From: Eledone cirrhosa
Taxonomy: Eukaryota
Assembly (NCBI GenBank): GCA_964016885.1
Contig: OZ024761.1
Span: forward strand, 22,568,001-22,632,000
Direction: 5' to 3'
DNA: 64,000 nucleotides
The position numbers and the translations under genes are program-made. The notes beneath the pieces were generated by a model. The model saw nothing but the letters and a program-made list of their open reading frames with translations. It did no database searches and had not been told where the DNA came from. Of this stretch, positions 14,408-29,241 are shown in pieces (the first letter of the stretch is position 1; every line of letters starts with the position of its first letter).

Positions 14408-15365
14408 TTAACCCTTTAACATTCACATTACTCTATATATACTATTGTATTTTCACAGTAAAGGCTTTACCTCACATAATATCTCACATAACATTTACAT
14501 TGCTCTATATATACTATTGTATTTTCACAGTAAAGGCTTTACCTCACATAATATCTCACATAGTATCTCACATAACATTTACATTGCTTTATATATACTA
14601 TTGTATTTTCACAGTAAAGGCTTTACCTCACATAATATCTCACATAACATTTACATTGCTCTATATATACTATTGTATTTTCACAGTAAAGGCTTTACCT
14701 TACATAATATCTCACATAACATTTACATTGCTCTATATATACTATTGTATTTTCACAGTAAAGGCTTTACCTCACATAATATCTCACATAACATTTACAT
14801 TGCTCTATATATACTATTGTATTTTCACAGTAAAGGCTTTACCTCACATAATATCTCACATAGTATCTCACATAACATTTACATTGCTCTATATATACTA
14901 TTGTATTTTCACAGTAAAGGCTTTACCTCACATAATATCTCACATAACATTTACATTGCTCTATATATACTATTGTATTTTCACAGTAAAGGCTTTACCT
15001 CACATAATATCTCACATAACATTTACATTGCTCTATATATACTATTGTATTTTCACAGTAAAGGCTTTACCTCACATAATATCTCACATAACATTTACAT
15101 TACTCTATATATACTATTGTATCTTCACAGTAAAGGCTTTACCTCACATAATATTTCACATAACATTTACATTACTCTATATATACTATTGTATTTTCAC
15201 AGTAAAGGCTTTACCTCACATAATATCAAATCTGCGAGATTTTGATGTTATTTATTTTGAGAACAATACCTTAACATTGGTATGAGTGGCTGATTATGGC
15301 TGGTTTGAACAAAATGTGGTGAAAGAATTCTGGTCGGATACAGCCAGTTATATGCTAAAGGGTTA
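14408..15365 (+). mobile_element. TTAA-flanked piggyBac-like MITE with ~11 internal 72-bp tandem units
   Basis: TTAACCCTTTA...TAAAGGGTTA termini. Same family at 11886-12116 (1 unit), 23974-24325 (3 units) and 5029-5500 (6 units, 3'-truncated). Confidence 0.78.
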
Positions 15366-15986
15366 CATTTAAAGTCTTTACTTTAGTCTAATACTGTACT
15401 GCAAATTGTCACAACTATCTGTCCACTACTAAAGATACTAAATACATTTAAATTAACAAACCTGTTTTTAGATATTTTCTGCTAAATCCTTACAGAATGT
15501 TAAAACTGAAACACTTTGGTATGTGTTCCAGTTTAATGCACTCTGAGTTCAAATCTCGCTCAGGGGTCAATTTTCCTATTCATCCTTTTGGGGTTGATAA
15601 AAAATAGTACCTGAGGACTGATTGGTGGAGGGATCTGGCTCTGTGGATTTTGAGTTCAAATCCTGCCAACTTCTGCCATATCAACAATGGAAACCTTGTC
15701 GCCTTTGTCTCATCTGACAATCAGCTCCTTTCCTTTTTGCTATTACCACAACTACCAGCACTACCTCTACCACCACTAGTACTGCTACTACCACTCACAC
15801 CACCACTACTACTACTGCTACTACTACTACTACTACCACCACTACCACCACCACCACCACTGCTACTACCACTATTACTACTACTCACACTACCACCATC
15901 ACTGTTGTGTTGCTAGTTGCAAGTCCTTGTGTCTCACTCTGTATGTTTTTCACATTCACAAGCACAACACTTAGCATGATAGCTTG

Positions 15987-17040
15987 TACAGTGTTATATA
16001 TACATGTGTGTGTATAAGGACTGTGGTGTACAGTGTTATATATACATGTGTGTGTATAAGGACTGTGGTGTACAGTGTTATATATACATGTGTGTGTGTA
16101 TAAGGACTGTGGTGTACAGTGTTATATATACATGTGTGTGTATAAGGACTGTGGTGTACAGTGTTATATATACATGTGTGTATATATAAGGACTGTGGTG
16201 TACAGTGTTATATATACATGTGTGTGTGTATAAGGACTGTGGTGTACAGTGTTATATATACATGTGTGTGTATATAAGGACTGTGGTGTACAGTGTTATA
16301 TATACATGTGTGTGTATATAAGGACTGTGGTGTACAGTGTTATATATACATGTGTGTGTATAAGGACTGTGGTGTACAGTGTTATATATACATGTGTGTG
16401 TATATAAGGACTGTGGTGTACAGTGTTATATATACATGTGTGTATATAAGAACTGTGGTGTGCAGTGTTATATATATGTGTGTGTATATATAAGGACTGG
16501 TGTACAGTGTTATATATACATGTGTGTATAAGGACTGTGGTGTACAGTGTTATATATACATGTATATATAAGGACTGTTGTGTACAGTGTTATATATACA
16601 TGTGTGTATAAGGACTGTGGTGTACAGTGTTATATATACATGTATATATAAGGACTGTGGTGTACAGTGTTATATATACATGTATATATAAGGACTGTGG
16701 TGTACAGTGTTATATATACATGTGTATATAAGGACTGTGGTGTACAGTGTTATATATACATGTGTATATAAGGACTGTGGTGTACAGTGTTATATATACA
16801 TGTCTGTGTACATATACATGTGTGTCTGTACTTATATATGTGTGTGTCTCTACATATACATGTGTGTCTGTACTTATACATGTGTGTGTCTCTACATATA
16901 CATGTGTGTCTGTACTTATACATGTGTGTGTCTCTACATATACATGTGTGTCTGTACTTATACATGTGTGTGTCTCTACATATACATGTGTGTGTCTCTA
17001 CATATACATGTGTGTGTCTCTACATATACATGTGTGTGTT
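15987..17040. repeat. ~40-44-bp minisatellite grading into a shorter related unit
   Basis: AAGGACTGTGGTGTACAGTGTTATATATACATG(TG/TA)n repeats. Confidence 0.9.
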
Positions 17041-17294
17041 GATGCTATATTACTGTTTAATAATGTATACGTTACAATTCAGCTATGAATAATGTTTTTC
17101 AATCATTGCTGAGGGTGAAAAATAACAGAGAGACACACAGACATAGAGACAGACAGACAGTCACACAGACAGACAGACACATACATAGAGACAGACAGAC
17201 AGGCAGACAGACATATATACAGACAGACACATACATAGAGACAGACACACAGACAGACAGACATATATAGACAGACACACAGACAGACAGACAC

Positions 17295-17325
<31 letters not shown>

Positions 17326-17851
17326 TATATAGACAGACATATATAGACAGACATACAGACAGACAGACACACACATAGAGACAGACACACAGACATACAG
17401 ACAGACAGACACATAGAGACAGACAGACACACACACAGAGACAGACAGACACACACACACATAGAGACACACATAGAGACAGACACACACATAGAGACAC
17501 ACATATAGAGACAGACACAAGTTATTTCACTGGTTTCAGTGGCCATGCTGGGGCACCACATTGATTTAGTTGATCAATCTCTTTTTTTTTTCTATTGAAG
17601 TTACAAGACAGAAATATACTTATGACAGTGATGATGATGATGATGATGTTGACAGTGATGATGATGATGATGATGTTGACAGTGATGTTGACAGTGATGA
17701 TGATGATGATGTTGTTGACAGTGATGTTGACAGTGATGATGATGATGTTAGCGAGGAGTTTGTTATCCTCCTCCTCCTCATTATTGATGTCTGTATTTAT
17801 GCAGTTCTGATTGCGTCTATGTTTGCATGCCAGTATGTATATATGCATATT

Positions 17852-17894
<43 letters not shown>

Positions 17895-18544
17895 CTAAGT
17901 GTGTGTCTGTGTGTGTATGTAAGTGTGTGTATTTGACTGTGTGTGTATGTAAGTGTGTGTATTTGTCTGTGTGTATTTGACTGTGTCTGTGTATGTAAGT
18001 GTGTGTCTGTGTATGTAAGTGTGTGTCTGTGTATGTAAGTGTGTGTGTCTGTGTGTAAGTAAGTGTGTGTATTTGACTCTTTGTGTATGTAAGTGTGTGT
18101 CTGTGTGTATTTGACTGTGTGTATGTAAGTGTGTGTGTCTGTGTGTGTATGTAAGAGTGTGTATTTGACTGTGTGTGTATGTAAGAGTGTGTATTTGACT
18201 GTGTGTATGTAAGAGTGTGTATTTGACTGTGTGTGTATGTAAGTGTGTGTATTTGTCTGTGTGTATGTAAGTGTGTGTATTTGTATGTGTGTGTATGTAA
18301 GAGTGTGTATTTGACTGTGTGTGTATGTAAGAGTGTGTATTTGACTGTGTGTGTATGTAAGAGTGTGTATTTGACTGTGTGTGTATGTAAGAGTGTGTAT
18401 TTGACTGTGTGTCTGTATAAACAAGAAATGGTTCAAGTGAATCAATTTTAACTAAGGATGGTCAGATTTTGGTGACAGGAGGAAGAATCAGCCAGGTGGT
18501 CAGGTGGGTAGAATATCTCTTGACTTGAGCCAGGAGAGGTATTT

Positions 18545-19302
18545 GGTAGAGCACCTGCAGGTGACAGGTGAGGGCCTGGTTTGGTAGAGCACCTGCAGGT
18601 GACAGGTGAGGGCCTGGTTTGGTAGAGCACCTGCAGGTGACAGGTGAGGGCCTGGTTTGGTAGAGCACCTGCAGGTGACAGGTGAGGGCCTGGTTTGGTA
18701 GAGCACCTGCAGGTGACAGGTGAGGGCCTGGTTTGGTAGAGCACCTGCAGGTGAGAGGTGAGGGCCTAGTTTGGTAGAGCACCTGCAGGTGAGAGGTGAG
18801 GGCCTAGTTTGGTAGAGCACCTGCAGGTGAGAGGCGAGGGCCTGGTTTGGTAGAGCACCTGCAGGTGAGAGGCGAGGGCCTGGTTTGGTAGAGCACCTGC
18901 AGGTGACAGATGAGGGCCTAGTTTGGTAGAGCACCTGCAGGTGAGAGGTGAGGGCCTGGTTTAGTAGAGCACCTGCAGGTGACAGGTGAGGGCCTGGTTT
19001 GGTAGAGCACCTGCAGGTGAGAGGTGAGGGCCTGGTTTGGTAGAACACCTGCAGGTGAGAGGTGAGGGCCTGGTTTGGTAGAGCACCTGCAGGTGAGAGG
19101 TGAGGGCCTGGTTTGGTAGAGCACCTGCAGGTGAGAGGTGAGGGCCTGGTTTGGTAGAGCACCTGCAGGTGAGAGGTGAGGGCCTAGTTTGGTAGAGCAC
19201 CTGCAGGTGAGAGGTGAGGGCCTGGTTTGGTAGAGCACCTGCAGGTGACAGGTGAGGGCCTGGTTTGGTAGAGCACCTGAAGGTGAGAGGTGAGGGCCTG
19301 GT
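18545..19302. repeat. 38-bp GC-rich minisatellite, ~20 copies
   Basis: Unit TGGTAGAGCACCTGCAGGTGA(C/G)AGGTGAGGGCCTGGTT. Confidence 0.95.
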
Positions 19303-19520
19303 TGATCTTTTAGGCCAGGAGAGATGAGGTGGAGATACAGAGGTCCAAAATAGTCATTGAGAAGGTCACAATATGTGTGATGAAAGAACTTTGACAATTA
19401 ATAACTGGCCAGTTACATAACCAACCAATAAATGGAATAGTTACGTAATTAGTAATAAAACTGTGAAACTAAACTAGTTGTGTGTGGCAGAACGACTCTC
19501 CCCAAGTAATACCTGTTTTA

Positions 19521-19551
<31 letters not shown>

Positions 19552-19771
19552 CATAGGTATAAGAAAAGAAAGACTCAAGAGCTTTTCATGTTAGTTGCTG
19601 TTCTTATTATTATTATTCTAATTTCTATTGTGTGTTGTTGCAGCTTTACCAAGCACAGCTCTGTGTGAGTTGTTATTATTATTATTTTTGTTATTATTAC
19701 TTTTACTATTATTACCTCAATTAATGAATGGTTTCAGCTTCCACAAAATAATTAGCTTTATTTTTGTTATT

Positions 19772-19806
<35 letters not shown>

Positions 19807-20010
19807 ATGAACATGTATCTGTCTAGCAACTATCTTCCTTTTTCTACTTTCCAAAGAAGGACAACTATCCAAAACCTCAAGAGTCTGTTTTTAACTTCTT
19901 ATAAGCATTACACTAATATTACACTAATATTACATTGTTCACTGTTGTACTTTGGTACTTTAAAAATTGTTTTATTTTTCCATGTTTTCTACTTACCATT
20001 TATATACACG

Positions 20011-20069
<59 letters not shown>

Positions 20070-20143
20070 TCAGGTATAAGCCACCACTTTATTTTATCCT
20101 AACCCCATTTAAAGGCCAATGTTGCTTATCAACACATTTAGAG

Positions 20144-20519
20144 CAGCGGTCGCCAACCTTTTCGACCTCATGGACCACTAAATTCATAATTCTAAATCCC
20201 ACTGACCACTAATATGAATTCTTTTTAAAAGATAAATACATTTGTAAAATACTGATCAGAGAACTTCCATTTTATTAAACAATACTGAAGTGTACGTGTG
20301 TCATATTGTCGATAGGTGATACATATGTGTTAACATTATTTCATGGATGTTAGTTCTTTACTGAGGAGAAACATTTTTTAGGGGGATGGGTTATAAAATA
20401 TATTTTAACCGAATGTTATTTTTGTTTATTAAAAATAAAACATAAGAATTGCAAATAATGTCCAAATTTTTCACTGGACCACCAAAATTTTCTCTTGGAC
20501 CACCAATTGGCGACCTCTG
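20144..20519. mobile_element. hAT (Charlie-like) MITE
   Basis: Termini CAGCGGTCGCCAA / TTGGCGACCTCTG, with imperfect 8-bp TSD atttagag / gtttagat. A related 5' end lies at ~48278. Confidence 0.75.
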
Positions 20520-20771
20520 GTTTAGATGGCTTATATAAACATATAAACCTGTGACCCCATTTTACCAACGTTTTTTTCTTCTCTCTTTTCAGGTCTCATA
20601 TATTCCTCAGCTTATATTTAAGTATATACGGTGTGTGTGTGTATATATATATATTAGGATTGGTGCTCTGAAATAGCGATGTATACATGAATGTATGTAT
20701 AGTATATTTGGCAATATACCGTATGTTTAATTAAAAACACTTAGACGACCATACACTATCAATTTTAGGGG

Positions 20772-20830
20772 AGTGCGTGGCTCTGATGAACGCCAACCAG
20801 CGTGAAACAGACTGTCAGCTTCTCTCCCTT
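20772..20830 (+). ncRNA. Minimal hammerhead ribozyme, family D, intact core
   Basis: GGCT-CTGATGA(20783)-ACGC-caacca-GCGT-GAA-ACAG-a-CTGT-C(20816)-AGCT. All three helices and a GUC cleavage triplet are present. Confidence 0.82.
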
Positions 20831-21059
20831 CTTTCACCGAAAAGAAGTACATGACATAGTCACTACTTTAAAACTGACAGCGAATGGTCTTCTAAGTGTT
20901 TTTAATTAAACATACGGTATATTCCCAAATTCTTTCTTGTGATGAAGGACTAGTGTCCGAAACGTTAAGACCCTCTTCCTGCTATTTCAAGCGTTAACCT
21001 AATATATCCCTTCCTTATACTGTACCGATTGTGTTGTTATTTCTGTTTACCTTTTACAT

Positions 21060-21092
<33 letters not shown>

Positions 21093-21299
21093 AAAATATA
21101 TATATAGGAACGAGTAGGACCCCGACGGCTAATTCTGGACTAAAAAAAAAAAATTCTTTTTTTAGTCCAGAATTAGCCGTCGAAACGGCTTGAGCTCAGC
21201 CGTCGAGGTCCTACTTTTCCTATTACCCACTCTACTACCCTAAGAATTGAGTACTTTGGTGCGTTATGGTCCACCTGGTTCCTTACCACTTTTCCTTCG

Positions 21300-21338
<39 letters not shown>

Positions 21339-21584
21339 AAAACGTCCTACACGAGTGAAAGTATAAGGAAAAAAGATGAAATCGAAAATGCAACTGGAGT
21401 CTTTTTAAGAATATTTATTTGTTTCCTTTACCGGTTTCACTGTTCTTATGCTTTTCAAGAGTATAATTGAGATGGAGGGTTTGTGGTTTTTCTCTGAAAA
21501 CTTAAAAACTGTGAAACCGGTAAAGGAAACAAATAAATATTCTTAAAAAGACTCCAGTTGCATTTTCGATTTCATCTTTTTTCC

Positions 21585-21620
<36 letters not shown>

Positions 21621-21632
21621 ATATATATATAC

Positions 21633-21664
<32 letters not shown>

Positions 21665-21671
21665 GTATGTG

Positions 21672-21702
<31 letters not shown>

Positions 21703-21784
21703 ATGTGTGTATATATATGTGTGTGTGTGTGTCTCTCCATTGTGTGACTGTTTTCATTGTGTCTGAGATCGTTTCTGTTTGCAG

Positions 21785-21974
21785 GGTGAACGTCTGAGCC
21801 ACGCGGTTGGCTGTGCATTTGCTATTTGTTTAGAGCGTAAACAGAAGCGAGACAAAGAATCTGGTGTGAACGTTACCTACAATCAAGACCGTACTATCTT
21901 CACACGCACCGGTTCCTTCCGACAAGCTTCCATCACTGAAAGAATCGCAGACCCTCAGAGTGCTATTCTAGCAG
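21785..21974 (+). CDS. numb: Numb exon: C-terminal helix of the PTB domain and following linker
   Basis: tttgcAG acceptor at 21783-84 and G|GTAACA donor at 21975. Phase 0 in, phase 1 out. Encodes [28 protein letters not shown]...[15 protein letters not shown], the Numb-family PTB end. Confidence 0.96.
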
Positions 21975-22299
21975 GTAACACTCTAAACGGTATCTATATT
22001 TCCTTTCCTACATTTTTTCCATCGTTTTACTAACATGTTTTGTCTTGCTTTCTCTACCATTAACATTTTCACTAACATATATTGAGTACTGCAGTCAACA
22101 AGAGGCTTAAAGCCATTATCTTCCTTGCAAAGCCCCATGAAAGGCTTTATGTTCATTGTGGGGTCCTTTTTTTTAAAGCAATTGGCCAAGTGTTTAGAGT
22201 GTTGGACTCAATATCGTAAGGTGTGTTCAATTTCTAAACCAGGCAACATTTTGTGTCCTTGAGCAAGACACTACATTTCACATTGGTTTTCATGATAGA

Positions 22300-23237
22300 A
22301 CTAGGGGAGCCTATTATTAAGACACCTGAGAAACCTCCTATGAAATGAAACCTCATAAGGGGCCAGCTAGACCCGCAAAGGTGTGGACTGAAACAACAAC
22401 ATGGTAGGACAAGAGGCCTTTATGGTTAAAACGCACAAGAAACCTCCTATGAGATGCAACCTCATAGAAGGCCAGCTACACCTACAAGCATGTGAGCTAT
22501 AATATGATAGGACTTGAAGCCTTTATCATTAAAACACTCAAGAAACTTGCTGTAGTAGACCAGCTAGGCCTCCATAAGTGTGAGATATAACAACATAACA
22601 GGACTTGGGAGGTTCCTTATCATTAAAACACCTGAGAAACATCACAAAGGGCCAGCTAGACCTCCATAGGTGTGAGGTGTAACAACATAACAGGACTTGG
22701 GAGGTTCCTTATCATTAAAACACCTGAGAAACATCACAAAGGGCCAGCTAGACCTCCATAGGTGTGAGGTGTAACAACATAACAGGACTTGGGAGGTTCC
22801 TTATCATTAAAACACCTGAGAAACATCACAAAGGACCAGCTAGGCCTCCATAAGTGTGAGATATAACAACATAACAGGACTTGGGGAGGTTCCTTATCAT
22901 TAAAACACCTGAGAAACATCACAAAGGGCCAGCTAGACCTCCATAGGTGTGAGGTGTAACAACATAACAGGACTTGGGGAGGTTCCTTATCATTAAAACA
23001 CCTGAGAAACATCACAAAGGGCCAGCTAGACCTCCATAAGTGTGAGATATAACAACATAACAGGACTTGGGAGGTTCCTTATCATTAAAACACCTGAGAA
23101 ACATCACAAAGGGCCAGCTAGACCTCCATAGGTGTGAGGTGTAACAACATAACAGGACTTGGGGAGGTTCCTTATCATTAAAACACCTGAGAAACATCAC
23201 AAAGGGCCAGCTAGACCTCCATAGGTGTGAGGTGTAA
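22300..23237. repeat. 92-93-bp tandem repeat, ~7 homogeneous plus ~3 degenerate copies
   Basis: GGACTTGGG recurs at 22601, 22693, 22785, 22877, 22970 and onward. Confidence 0.9.
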
Positions 23238-24879
23238 TTTCATGTCCTTCCATATCCAATGTTTTATGGCCAGATGGTCTTCCAGATCCCAACTATTTTA
23301 ATTACCTTTGACATCAGCAGGGGGCATATGGTGTACCTATTCTAAACTACACGCAGTTTTGCTGGAGACTGAATGAGTTCCCTAACTCCAATAAGGGACA
23401 GCAATGTTGATTATCTTAACCCTATTTCAAATAATTTATGGGGTGATGGGGGAGAAATAAATTTATTATTTGTCAACTAAAATAATAATTTGACTTATGT
23501 TGGAAAATGTAAATTTAAATAGGGACCCTTTAAAATGGGTGGAATTTGTTTTCAAGGGACTTGATTTTGACGAGGCTGGTATCAAAAGAGTCAAAGAAGA
23601 ATTTTAAAGGATCTACTAAAAATTATTATGTATTTCAGAGCAGTGAATTAGCAGAATCTATAGAGTGTCGGAGGACACCATGCTTCGTGGCAGGGAGTTA
23701 TGGCCCTTTACATTCTGAGTTCAAATTCCATCGAGGTTAGCTCTGTCTTTCATCCTTACTGGGTTGATAAAATAAAGTACCAGTAATGTACTGTTGATTT
23801 AATCAACTTTCTCTTCCTTCAAAATTGTTGGCCTTGTGCCTAAAGTAGAAATAATGTATTTCACTACTAAGATAGTAACAAAACATTGTTCTCGTATAAG
23901 ACAATGTTAGAAGATGTAAATACAACAAAATATATAGAGTAATGTAAATGCTAAAGGGTTAAATTGGAAACCTTTAACCCTTTAGCATTTACATTACTCT
24001 ATATATACTATTGTATTTTCACAGTAAAGACTTTACCTCACATAATATCTCACATAACATTTACATTACTCTATATATACTATTGTATTTTCACAGTAAA
24101 GGCTTTACCTCACATAATATCTCACATAACATTTACATTACTCTATATTTACTATTGTATGTTTGTGCTAAAGGCTTTACCTTACATAATATCTCACATA
24201 ATATCGAATCTATGAGATTTTGATATTATTTATTTTGAGAACAATATCTTAACATCAGTATGAGGGGGCCAGTTTCAACAGAGAATTCTTGTTGGATGTG
24301 ACCGGTAAAAATACTAAAGGGTTAAAATGGGTGGAATTTGTGTTCATAGAACCAGATCTGAGTTTGACAGGGGCTGGTATCAAAAGGGTTAAGATGTTTA
24401 ATATTGCTGTCCCCTTTTTTACAAAGTATTTTTGTGTGTTTGGAGGTGTAAATGTTGGTATATTCCACCCTACCCTACCCCAGCTAGTCCCATTGTTATC
24501 ACTTTCCAACAAACCAACCATTTTCTTTCAGTTTTTTGTAAACATCAACTGATGTCAAACTGTTATTGTGTAACCGAACGTTGTGGTTGTATGTATATAT
24601 GTAGGTGTATATGTATGTGTGTAGGTGTATATGTGTGTATATATGTAGGTATGTATGTGTATATGTATGTATATATGTAGGTATGTATATATATATATAT
24701 ATGTATGTATATATGTAGGTGTATATATAGGTATGTATGTGTATATGTATGTATGTATATATATTTATATATATATGTATGTATATATGTAGGTGTATAT
24801 GTGTATTTATATATATATGTATGTATACATGTAGGTGTATATGTAGGTATGTATGTGTATATGTATGTATATATGTAGG

Positions 24880-24920
<41 letters not shown>

Positions 24921-25328
24921 ATGTATATATGTAGGTGTGTGTGTATGTATGTATATATATATAGGTGTGTGTGTGTATATGTATATATGTAGGTATGTAT
25001 GTGTATATGTAGGTATGTATATATATATGTGTGTGTGTATATGTATATATGTAGGTATGTATGTGTATATGTAGGTATGTATGTATATATGTGTGTATGT
25101 ATGTATATATATAGGTGTGTGTGTGTATATGTATATATGTAGGTATGTGTGTGTATATGTAGGTATGTATATATATATATATGTAGGTGTATGTATATGT
25201 ATGTATGTATATATGTAAGTGTGTATGTATGTATATATATATGTAGGTGTGTGTGTGTATATGTATATATGTAGGTGTGTGTATATGAATGAATTTTCAA
25301 TAGATTGGAAGCACTCAATAAATTAATA

Positions 25329-25395
<67 letters not shown>

Positions 25396-25450
25396 GTGTG
25401 TACGAAGTATTAAGTTTCTAAACTGGGAAGACTGAAAGTAGTAATTGATG

Positions 25451-25980
<530 letters not shown>

Positions 25981-26155
25981 TATATATATATATATAATGT
26001 GTGTGTATATATGTATATATATGTGTGTGTATATATGTACACATACATATATATATGTGTGTGTGTCTGTATATATGTATTATATATTTTTGCATTGTAT
26101 GTATATATATATATATATCTTTGTGTCTTTTATATATATATATATCTTTATGTGT

Positions 26156-26197
<42 letters not shown>

Positions 26198-26278
26198 ACA
26201 TCCATCCATCCATGTTACTAATCTTAGTTTCTGCTGCTCTTCCCCACCCCCTTCGGAAACCATTGTTATTTCTCACAG

Positions 26279-26500
26279 AGCCCATTCCAGTGAAGAAAGT
26301 AGAGAACCCTTATGCAGTCCAGAGACCTCATGCCACACACTCATTGCTGCAAAGACAAGGATCTTTCAGGGGATTCGAGAAACTACATGAAACCTCTTCT
26401 CCTTTCAAACGGTCGGTCTCTCTAAGATTGAACGAACTCCCATCAACCTTAAGACGACAGAACGCAGTTCTCGAATCTCCACCTCATGGAGGTGGGAAGT
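26279..26500 (+). CDS. numb: Numb exon: NumbF domain
   Basis: cacAG acceptor and GTAAGT donor at 26501, phase 1-1. Encodes AVQRPHA...LQRQGSFRGF...SPFKRSVSLRLNELPSTLRRQ (NumbF signature). Confidence 0.96.
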
Positions 26501-26649
26501 GTAAGTTGGGCATTTTTTTTATTTCTATTTTTATTTTATTTTATTTTATTTTATTTTATTTTATTTTATTTTATTTTATTTTATTTTATTTTATTTTATT
26601 TTATTTTATTTTATTTTATTTTATACTTTTTTACTTGTTTTTGCAGACA

Positions 26650-27980
26650 TTGGACTGTGACTATGCTGGAAAACCACCTTGATTTAGTTGGGGTTCCTCT
26701 GAAGGGTCTTTGGAGTCACATTACTCAATAGAATACATAGCTCAGAGATCAGAGAGTCACTCCAAGTAGAGCTGCTACTTCTCTGAATTGAGAGATCACA
26801 GCTCTGATACTACAGACATGTGGTTAGAATGTCTGAGGAAAGAATCTCTGAATTGAGAGATCACAGCTCTGATACTATGGACATGTGGTTAGAATGTCTC
26901 AGTAAAGTATCTCTGAATTGAGAGATCACAGCTCTGATACTACAGACATGTGGTTAGAATGTCTCAGGAAAGAATCTCTGAATTGAGAGATCACAGCTCT
27001 GATACTACAGACATGTGGTTAGAATGTCTTGGGAAAGAATCTCTGAATTGAGAGATCACAGCTCTGATACTATGGACATGTGGTTAGAATGTCTGAGGAA
27101 AGAATCTCTGAATTGAGAGATCACAGCTCTGATACTACAGACATGTGGTTAGAATGTCTTGGGAAAGAATCGCTGAATTGAGAGATCACAGCTCTGATAC
27201 TACAGACATGTGGTTAGAATGTCTTGGGAAAGAATCTCTGAATTGAGAGATCACAGCTCTGATACTACAGACATGTGGTTAGAATGTCTTGGGAAAGAAT
27301 CTCTGAACTGAGAGATCACAGCTCTGATACTACAGACATGTGGTTAGAATGTCTGAGGAAAGAATCTCTGAATTGAGAGATCACAGCTCTGATACTACAG
27401 ACATGTGATTAGAATGTCTCAGGAAAGAATCTCTGAATTGAGAGATCACAGCTCTGATACTACAGACATGTGGTTAGAATGTCTGAGGAAAGAATCTCTG
27501 AATTGAGAGATCACAGCTCTGATACTACAGACATGTGGTTAGAATGTCTTGGGAAAGAATCTCTGAATTGAGAGATCACAGCTCTGATACTACAGACATG
27601 TGGTTAGAATGTCTTGGGAAAGAATCTCTGAATTGAGAGATCACAGCTCTGATACTACAGACATGTGGTTAGAATGTCTGAGGAAAGAATCTCTGAATTG
27701 AGAGATCACAGCTCTGATACGACAGACATGTGGTTAGAATGTCTTGGGAAAGAATCGCTGGACAGATTTTACAGGCAAAAACCAACCGGTAGAAGACCCG
27801 AGGGTAGACCTGGGGCAAGATGGTTGGATAACATCCATAAGCTTCACTGGTCTCGCTTGGGGATCCAGCTGGATCAGTTGGAGATGGTTGCTTCTGACAA
27901 GACCTGCTGGGGGGGGGGGGGGGGGGGTTGAGGACTGACCCCAACAACCTTCCCAGGAATAAGTAGAAGAAGAAGAAAAA
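26650..27980 (+). mobile_element. RTE-type LINE 3' end with an internal 65-bp tandem expansion (~15 copies, 26781-27756)
   Basis: The unit translates to IERSQL*YYRHVVRM. It is followed by KPTGRRPEGRPGARWLDNI and a (GAA)n tail. Confidence 0.75.
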
Positions 27981-28043
27981 GAAGTTTTTAATCGACTTCT
28001 ACATCCTTTGTCTCCACTAGCTGATACTTATTTTATCACATAA

Positions 28044-28079
<36 letters not shown>

Positions 28080-28658
28080 TTCCTTTGTGTGATAGCTATG
28101 GCGAAAGAGGTTGTATGGTGGACGAGGTTGAAAGGGCTGAGGTCAGACACCTTTCTCTCCGACCAACAACTGATTCTCTTTTTTCAAATACCACTTTGGA
28201 AGAAGAATCAGGATGGAAAGAGAGGTGCTGTACCCCAGGATGGAGAGAGAGGTGCTGTACCCCAGGATGGAGAGAGAGGTGCTGTACCCCAGCAAGTTTT
28301 ATGAAAGGTGGGTGAAAGTGGTGAGAATGGCCCGAGTGAATGGGCCGTCTCTCTATATCAGCCTGTAGGTTGAGGAAAAGGAGGAGGAGAGGAAAGGAGT
28401 ACAAACTCTTCGTACTCCTGGAGATGAGGGTTGCACATTTTTTCGGGGGTATGTGTTACCCATATGTAATGTCTCCCCCCTGTTGGGGAAAATCGACTAA
28501 TTTTTTAAATTGCATTTGTGATAATAATTTACACGTTTTTATTGTATGTAAACTTCCCCCTTTGTATTTGTCCCCTTCTTTTGTGCCCCTGTGGCTAATA
28601 AATACACATATCTATCTATCTTTCTATCTATCTATCTATGTTGTCTTGTCTTTTACAG

Positions 28659-28910
28659 TGGGTAGTCCCATACCAGAGCTGTCCCCTTCAGATGAAAACC
28701 CAGACTCTGTCGCCCAGATGTGTCAGCAGCTGTCAATGGGTCTGCGTGCTCTCAACACAGATGATCCCTTTGCCAGTGTCCCCCACAGTACACTCCACTC
28801 CCTCCACTGTCCCTCCTCCGGGGTCATCAACACGGGGGCTTCATTCCAACAGAGTCCTACACATATCTTCAGTAACCATGGCAACCAGTCTGTGAACACT
28901 TCCTCGCAAG
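28659..28910 (+). CDS. numb: Numb exon: Pro/Ser-rich region
   Basis: ttttacAG acceptor and AAG|GTAACG donor at 28911, phase 1-1, open frame. Encodes SPIPELSP...DSVAQMCQQLSMGL...DDPF. Confidence 0.9.
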
Positions 28911-29086
28911 GTAACGTCTTCCTCTCTCTCGTGTGTGTGTGTGTGTGTGTGAGTGTGAGTGTGCATGCATGTGTGTGGGCATGTGTGTGTATGTGTATGT
29001 GAGTGAGCATGCTTATGTGTGTATACCTGTATGTGTGCTGTGTGAACATATGGTCAAAAACACATGCATATATGCATGTACAGTGA

Positions 29087-29130
<44 letters not shown>

Positions 29131-29142
29131 ATATATATATAT

Positions 29143-29235
<93 letters not shown>

Positions 29236-29241
<6 letters not shown>

